Translations under genes and position numbers: made by a program
Shown: piece by piece, positions 55,923 to 64,000 of the stretch
How the letters are laid out: the number at the start of each line of letters is the position of its first letter
How positions within the stretch are numbered: the first letter of the stretch is position 1
Assembly: GCA_009103225.1 (NCBI GenBank)
Contig: RHPI01001507.1
Coordinates: forward strand, 264,249 to 328,248
Reading direction: 5' to 3'
From: Chlorokybus atmophyticus
Lineage: Eukaryota > Plantae > Mesostigma and Chlorokybus algae
Length of the DNA: 64,000 bases
The notes under the pieces: model-generated
Databases searched by the model: none
The model's input: the letters and a program-made list of their open reading frames with translations, nothing else
Told to the model about the DNA's origin: nothing

Positions 55923-58900
55923 GTTTTGTGCAAAGAGGAGGACGTTGGCCAGAGCACAGCAAATGCAGTAGCGGTTGTGGTCCATCGCTTCTTCCGGAAG
56001 ACATGTGCATGCTTTGTATAGAGTACAGTACTTGGCAGTCGAGCAGGCCTTACATAGGCATGCGTTTCTTGTTGTGCAGGAGTAGTGTCGCGGGTATAGA
56101 GCGTCTTGAACAAGGAAAGTCTTTGGTGTTCAATAAGTGCCAACGGGGCCCAAAAAAACCACACAAAGAAATCAAGGGCGCACACGGTTGCACACATTCT
56201 CTCTTTCTTTCACGCTCATGTAGCAGTGTATGAGATAGTGAGTACACGCGCGTTGCTGTTGTGCGCTTAAATTTTGGGCCTGTCCGTCTTAATCATCCCG
56301 AGTAAACAATCATTGTGCATATGTCTTAGTCTCGTACTCGGAGGTTACTGTCACCCTTGTCGTGACCTCCGGCATGCCACACCGTGTTGTGTATGCATGA
56401 TTGAGCACACCAAGCATTGCTTACCAACGAACCCCATACGGGTGTAACTGTCACTTCGATCCTTCATGTTCAGACATTCCCATTCATTGAAATTATGATA
56501 TGAGCATCATATTTCCTACGTCCGGCTAGCTTTCTTGCTTGAGTAATCGATTCAAAGAATGCAGGATGTTAGATACAGTCTGCTTGGTTGCAACAGTTAA
56601 ACCAGCATGATAACTGTGCAAGCGATGCACGCGAGGGAAGATGAATCACGTGCAGAGACAAATTGATCATAGTTAATAACGTACTCAGCTAAGTGATCAA
56701 GTGTACAGAGTAATCAAACAAATGGTGTGTAATGCTTGTGTATGCGAATACACACAACCGAAGCGCACATGCACACGCAATTATAGAAGCAGAACGTTAT
56801 TTAGCAACTTAGCTACATAAGCATAGCTGACCGGAGAAATAGTACTCAGGTTCCTATTGCCTTCTCTCCTACTCTTTAACGGATATACAATTTCGTATCC
56901 TAAAATAGAAGCTACGAATAACAAACTTGTTGCTAAAGTTCCTTCCTGCTACCGTTGCGCTTGTATGAAGAGTCCCGCCTGTTCTTGCGCCGCTTGTCGT
57001 GCTCCTGCGTGCCGAGCTCTCCATTATGATGCCCGTGGTCCTCATCTCTATAATGGTTGGTCCGCCTGCCGGCGGTGTTCGATTTCCCTCCACCTGCCAC
57101 GCCGTGCAGGCTGATGTAGCCTTTTGAGTTGTTTTGCGATAATTGACATATGTTTGTAACAATTGCGTCGTGATTTGGCTGTAAGAATTACCCGATGTCG
57201 TTTAAACGATATCGGCTCTAATGTACACGATGTCTTGAGGGTCATATGCACGACAGTGTGATGACACCCTCATGCGTGCTGCTCATGCCACGAGTAGAGT
57301 GCGGCAATTGTTGTTGAGAAATATGAATTAACTTATACGCCCCGTTGGAGTCTTCGTATTGACTCCTTCTTTGGACCCGGGTTGGCCGAATCTGAGCAAA
57401 TATGAGTACAAGAGTCGTCTGGCAAAGGCGGTCCAAGCAATCAAGTTGTTAACATGGAGGTTTGCATCAAAGGAAGAGTAAAACACATGCAATTGTAAAG
57501 TCAAGAAATAATTGTATATGATGCGACCTAGATATTATATGGCTTCATTCATGCGGGATTTGAACTACACGTGCATACGCACATTATGGGCAAGCGCACG
57601 TACGCACGCACCATGGGTGTGACAACCCCACCCCCACTCAAGCACACCACAAAAGTCTTACTTTGCAGCCCGTTAGGGCAAATGCAGGTAGCTACGATGA
57701 TGGATACATATTGAGCATCAACACGCGTGCAGCAGCAAAGGCAGTGTGATAAACCCCTCAGCAGCAGCATCAAGCCATGTCATGAGGTTTGCAAGCACAG
57801 CTCAACAAGCAACACCCCTGATGTGTGAGCATTGCTATGGTTGGTTATATATATGTATATATATATGTAGTATACAATTGTGTACTTTGTATACATCTGG
57901 CTATCAGATATCACAATAATATTATGCTTGAGAAGATTTTAAGAGTGATTATTTACCACACAAAAGCAACCACATTGTATACTGTAGTGTGTCTCTTCTC
58001 CTTTTATTGTGCTGTATTTCTCAAACTTTCGGAACCCGCCGTTTATTCGGCTGATGTATTGCGGGCCACCCAAACGAAAGCAGTCAAGATGAGAATACAT
58101 CGAATTGTAACGAACAGAGTGAGCTTGCTGTTAGTAGGCTCGTTGGTAAAGATTCATTGGGGTATGGGGGGCACTAATGGAAACGCGTGATGTAGAATGC
58201 GGTTCTACGGCAAACTGTCGCGCTGTGCCGTAAACGCGCGGCATCCAACGCGCCGTTTGTCATTTGTCGTCGCTGGTGGGCGGCCGGAGATTCTTCAGGC
58301 TTTGGGGGCCACACTCAGCAACGACAGCGACTTCAACGGTGGTTTAGGTGTTGCTTAATTAAACGCAGTGCGGCGCTGTCATTTTTGCATTTGCGGTACC
58401 ACATCAATTGACCGCCTTTGATGCATTCGTTGACTGCACATGCAAAGTCAAAGTCACATCTTTCCATTGTTGCGCTCATTATACATGGTCTTTATAAGGA
58501 ATTTTTGAATATCTTACTGTAAATGTTTACACAAGCGATCACCAGATGGGTAAAGTTGGATGGTCACGATGTCTGATAAGCGCTTCACCTTAACTGAAGG
58601 GTAGAAAACGTGTACATCAACTGTCCCAGTGACATACAATTGTGTTTTAAAAACACATGAACAATTTATGTACTGTCATATTACACCATCTCATTCAACA
58701 TGGGATACCGATACATGTTTATGCATAGATCGCCGCCATAAGTGTTCATGTGCACCGTTTGTGCTCTTATTGACATTTTTGGCAAACATGAGCAATATTG
58801 CGATTAGGATGTGCTTTGAACGGCCGCGATGTAATAATATACATCCAACGGCTTGAGGCTGATGGTCGCCGCCCAACAATGAGCGGCAGGCGGCAGGCAT

Positions 58901-59825
58901 ACTGCCACGCAGCCCGCCAATTGCGGGTGGCTGTGTTTGATGGGCAAGTAATGGGGGGGATACGTGTGTGATGTGGCGGCCGGCTTGCTCGGCCAAACAG
59001 CCGCACCACTAATTCGGCTGTTGACCATGTTTGATGACGCAGTAACTATAGCGTGTAATCAATTACAGTGGATCAGTTAGAACGAGGGTGAGTATTGACG
59101 GCATGTCTTTTGGGTATGGGGCCTGCCCCGACCTCGTACTGCCAAAAATGCGGCTAATTTAACCACGAACTGTGCTGCAATTGCACCAAATTGCTAGCGA
59201 TTTTGGGTCGCCGTTGGCAAGTAGTTGCCGCCGAGATACTTTTCAGCATGTTTTATGCATCTCTGCAATGATTAGCCAATTTGCTGCCATTTTCAGCAAC
59301 GGCTGTTGTCACCGTTGCAATCCCATTTTATCAAAATTCATGTGTGACCAAATGGTGGCCTAACGATGCAATTTTTCGTTTGGTTGAATCTTAACGTTAA
59401 GGTAATTCAGGTTTGCACTATTTTAATAATTGTAACCTTGGCATTACTGACAAATTATCTTAGCACGTACCGTGGCGTGAACGTTAGATTATTTATTTTT
59501 ATAACATTTAACTGCAAGTTGCTAGCCATATTGCACCATATTGCAGCATATGTGCTTCATATCGCAACATATGTGCTTCATATTGCAACACATCAGAGAT
59601 GTTGTGCATGTGGACTTTGCTTCAGTGCACGCCCTAATTGCCGGACTGTGCCGAGATGGTTCTTTTGGACGGTCAACAGTCGAACAAACGATCATCACAT
59701 ATCAATGTATCTCCACGTTTATCAAAGTTATTACTGTAACACATAAGAATGATTAACATGCAATCATAAGCGGCCACGTATGCAGAACTGTGCTGAAGTT
59801 TACATTTATTGGCATGCGTTTACAG

Positions 59826-60042
59826 GATTGGATGAGCTTTGGACGGCCAGGATGGGTTTAGGGCAGATTTAACGGTGTAACGCTTGTACTCGCCGCCTAG
59901 CCAATGAGAAGCAGGCGGGCCGCACATACTGCCGCGCAACCCGGCAGTCGCGGGTGCTGTGTGATGGCCCTTGTGCGCGGGATGTGTGATGTAGGTTGAA
60001 TGCCGGCCGGCCGACAGGCCCGGCCCGACCAAACAGCCGCAC
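59826..60042 (+). promoter_or_regulatory. Putative promoter region of the APX-R gene (CCAAT box at 59901, GC-rich motifs), with a diverged upstream copy at 58802-59006
   Basis: AGCCAATGAG about 400 bp upstream of the ATG; colinear similarity to 58802-59006. Confidence 0.4.
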
Positions 60043-60313
60043 TCGTTGTATAATGATGTAGTGGTAATACCCTACAAGTAATGAGTCATACCAATCTGTG
60101 TTCAGGCTGCATGAGTCCTTGCTGCCGCGCAAGTTGCGTTCATGCGTCACACAACGACTACATTGTCAACGTACAATACTCATTGATGCGTCATTGTGCA
60201 TCGTGCATGATGCATGCTGTGCAACCGCATGTCGTCGACATGATGTCGATGACTTCAGAAGCAAGGTGCTCAACTGTCAACGCATCAGCTTCGTTCGTCG
60301 CGCATGCGCGGCG

Positions 60314-63300
60314 ATGGCGTCGGCGGCGTCAGCGGGGTGGCTGTTGGTTTCGTCGGTGTCGTCGAGCTGGTTATCTGAGGATGCCAGCTTCCGGGCGGAG
60401 AGGGGTTCTGGGCTGAGGAGAAGATTGCAGCGGCATGGCGCAGTGACAACCGCGCAGGCTTCTCAGCCCAAGCCCAAGCCCAAGCCTCAGCCTCAGCCTG
60501 AGCCTCAGCCTCAAGCTGGTGAGTTAGGGTTTCATGCTTGCTTGCTTGCATTCTTGTTTTCTAACTCGTACTAGCTAGTTGTGCTTTGCTAGGTGCAGAG
60601 GTACACCTCTAGCAAGAAAGGCAGCTGATAACTGTTGTGATGTGCAAGCTTTGTTGGCATGATCTTGACTAGATGCTTCTTGTCAATCGCCAATGATCGC
60701 GGTAACATTGAGAGTCAGGATTAGGCATTGCTATAAGCGTGCAAGCATGCGGTGTTTCTTGCTCAGCATACAAAGTTGCAGCGGTCGTGTTGCAGACGGT
60801 ATTAATGGTGGCGGATTGGCGCTGTACAGGAGGCAGTTTGCATTATCTTCAGCAGCGGCAGGTATCAGGCAGTAAACTATCTTTTTCTGAAAAGGCACCA
60901 ACAGTCCATGCGAAAGGACATGGGAAACAGTCAGACACTCAGCTGGCTGGAGTTCAGTTCGTCATGCATACCGTTGCTGCAGCAACACACATTATAGATT
61001 TATTGTAGCAACTCGCGATCACTTTGGATCGCACTCTAGCGTTCTTCACTACACACATTTTGTAGAAGCGCATCCTCTCAGTCATCACACGGGAAAGTTG
61101 GACGGGCTCAAACAATTGAAACAGTCGAGTTCTACGCATGCAACTCTCGTGATTGCCTTGTAAGTGTCCTCATCAAGTTTGCGTACTGTTGCTGACCCAA
61201 GTTGTGAGCAGTGTTCTGGTAATTTATACAACTCTGCCACAAGCCATCATTCGCTCGCTGTTGTTGATTTCCTGGTAATTAGGAACTAAGTGTCTCATGC
61301 AACAATATCTTGTCCTAAAAGCTGCTCTTGCTTTACAGTTGTGACGAGGAGGAGTTTGATACAACGCAGCAGCGGCTTGCTGCTATTCATGCCGGCCGCT
61401 GCCCCTGTTCTGACTACGTTCGTCACACGCAACGGCAGCAATGCTGCTCGCGCTGTTGATGCGCCGTCTCCACGGTCAGGCGTGCCGAAGTCGCCTGAAG
61501 CAAAGTAAGTCAGCTGACGAGCTACAAGCTAGTGTGTTGTGGGTGGAGAAGGCATATACGAATACAAAGACATGCACAAGTACATATATGTGTGCCTTTG
61601 TGTATACGTGAGTCCGTCCGTATATGTGTGCGCATGGGTACATGCACCCACGCAAGCGTCACTGTGTGCATGTGCACCATACCATGCGTGCACCAGCACG
61701 TACATCTGTGCGCTTGCGCAAGTGTACAAGCATGTGCACATGCGCGCAACGTACTGTGCATGCATCCATTTGTGCGCGTATGCGTGTACACTTGTGCACA
61801 CGCACAGTACCTATGTTGTAAGCGCTCAATCTGTTGTGCGTGCTTGTCAACAATAGTGTACATGCACATAGTGTTTGTGCATGCATGCTTGCATATTGTG
61901 CTGCTTGGCAACATGCAAGATCAAATAACAATATATCAAAGGCATCTACAATGTGCAGCACTGACCAACTGTTGTCATCAACAGCGCAACGCTCTATGCC
62001 GCGTTGCAATCGGCGATCCGCGAGACCACAAGCAAGGGCAAGGCGCCGGGCGTGCTGCGGCTGGCTTTCCACGATGCCGGCACGTATGATCCATTTGCGG
62101 GTGCGGTGTTGCAGGGCGGACCCAACGGCAGCATAAGGTAGTCAGGATACACAAGCATACGTATGCCTGATGTATATATATATTGCCGCACATATATGCA
62201 AGCGTGTGCAGGTGCGCATGTGCGAGTGCTACTGCGTGTGTGCATGTGTGCATCAAATGGAAATGCTGTGCAGGTTTGAGGACAAGCGGCCAGAAAACGA
62301 GGGCTTGCAACGGCCTTTGAGGGTGAGGAACACATGTTCAATTCATCCAGGCTTGCAATGCAATTTGGATATGTGTCTGAGCTCAGGTTCTGATCGCAAT
62401 TGTCAGTACTATGTGCACTACTGTTGTATGTTGCATGTGCGTGAAAAGCAACACGACTGCATGGCATCAAAGCCAACAAGACAAACACGTGCACCTGTGT
62501 CAACGAGCCTTGTACTTAGCATGTTGTGTACAGTGTGTGGTGCCTCCACTTTGTAAGCAGAAGTGTTGTGACTGGCGGTCTTTAAATGGCAGCCCCTGCT
62601 CTTGTAGACACACTTCACCCAAACAGTTGTCACACTCGAAGCACTAGTAGAAATAAGATTAGTATGTAAACAGATTGACGCGTGTGCACTGGATGTGTAC
62701 ACGTCTCATCAACTTTTTGTTCGTACCCATGCGCGCACTTGCCGGCATATGCATATGTTGACCCCTGCCTTCCATTTATGTGCAACGTGCAGGTGATAGC
62801 GAAGACAATGGCGTCGCTGAAGAAGCAGCTGCCGAATGCGACTGTGTCGTGGGCGGATGTGATTGCCGTCGCGGGCGCCGAGTCCGTTGCCATCACGGGC
62901 GGGCCGACCTTCCGCGTACCTATTGGCAGAGTTGACGCACAGTAAGTTGATTCTCTCTTGCTAATGGGGGTTGCTTGTTTGTGTGTTTGGTGATCCTCCG
63001 GGAGTTTGCTGGCTGGATACCTTGCATATGCAGAACAACGCTGATGGGTGCAGAAGTCTTGTTTGAGGTAGTATGAGGCCACCCAGTGTTTGCACTACCC
63101 AAGCTGGGTGTGTTAGAGATAGCATACATTGCTGCTGACATAGCGCCCGTACCAAAATCTCCCATGCATACCATGCGTGCCATATGCAGTGCTTGTAATT
63201 CGTTGCAAGACACATTATTATTGCAGCGCGCAAATAGAGTTGGTATTGTACACACATGCTATATGTCACATATCACACCTTGCAGGGCGTCAGATGCGGA

Positions 63301-64000
63301 TGGTCGCATGCCAGGCGAGAATTGGACGGCAGCACAGCTGAAGTCTCATTTCGCAGCACAGGGTTTCAGGTACACGAACTGCGTGCATGCCTACATGAGT
63401 GTGTGTTAAGGGTTCTCTTGGTGTGATTTGTGAGCTCACAGCTTCGTGTGCGGATTGTCTCTTGACATGTCAAGGCACTTCACCAGCTGCATTGTCTGAA
63501 GTGGGATGTGTTCGTCACATGTGCTAATTGTCAGGAGTGCGGATGCTGCAAGTGGCTCGTCGTTGTTCACTTTATTACGCTCATATCGCTAGTATCACAT
63601 CTGCTGCCAATGCATCAAGTAACTTGATTGTGAGTCATGATTATTGCCTAGTCATGTGACAGGTCTAGTCATGTAACAGTCATGTGCAAGTAGTCGTGGA
63701 GCACTTACATTATGTTGCTGCGTGGGTCTGCAGCACGCGCGAGTTGGTGGCGTTGTTGGGTGCACACACCATTGGGTTCAAGGGTTACGGGATGCCGGAT
63801 GTGTTTGACAACACATACTACAAGACGCTGTTGGAGAAGCCTTGGAAAAACAGTAAAGGTGAGTCCAATCAGTCTGAGGGTGGGCTGTCCTACACATGTG
63901 GCACTTGTGAGGGTGTGTGCGTGTGTTCATGTATTTGTGAGTGCACGGTGAGCAAAGCCAAGACTGAATAGCTGTTACCGGTTGCAGATGCAATGGCATA
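60314..64000 (+). CDS. APX6: Ascorbate peroxidase-related (APX6/APX-R type) plastid heme peroxidase, 3'-truncated by the window
   Basis: Exons 60314-60518, 61339-61504, 61985-62137, 62274-62322, 62793-62941, 63286-63369, 63734-63858 and 63988-> splice in frame. Motifs: [55 protein letters not shown]...[32 protein letters not shown]. Phe in RLAFH and no GR.H after the proximal His fit APX-R rather than classical APX. Ala/Ser/Arg-rich transit peptide. Confidence 0.9.

Overview
Eukaryotic nuclear DNA from a draft assembly (several N gaps next to poly-G/C runs) with GT-AG spliceosomal introns. The host is probably a green alga or streptophyte alga; this is an inference from an APX-R peroxidase, a PDF1-like domain and a DNMT-bearing Ty3/gypsy element. 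Main contents: (1) four paralogs of a 9-exon secreted-protein gene with an unusual signal peptide-NIDO-Ig/PKD-like-protodermal factor 1 (PDF1)-like architecture, of which only copy 3 (12102-14984, minus) reads intact; (2) an apparently intact, intron-rich CryptonF-like tyrosine recombinase + GCR1_C gene (17487-20826, minus); (3) a 9.1-kb single-frame Ty3/gypsy polyprotein (29546-38641, minus) with Gag, protease, a C5-cytosine DNA methyltransferase, RT, RNase H, integrase and a C-terminal PHD finger, broken by only two in-frame stops, with no LTR pair visible; (4) a decayed chromovirus-type gypsy element with LTRs, Met-type PBS, PPT and a 5-bp TSD (40969-49302, minus), whose two LTRs have each lost an arm of a different long hairpin; (5) an APX6/APX-related plastid peroxidase gene running off the right end (60314->64000); plus copia/gypsy relics, MITE-like elements, micro- and minisatellites. 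All domain calls come from motif recognition by eye; no database search was run.
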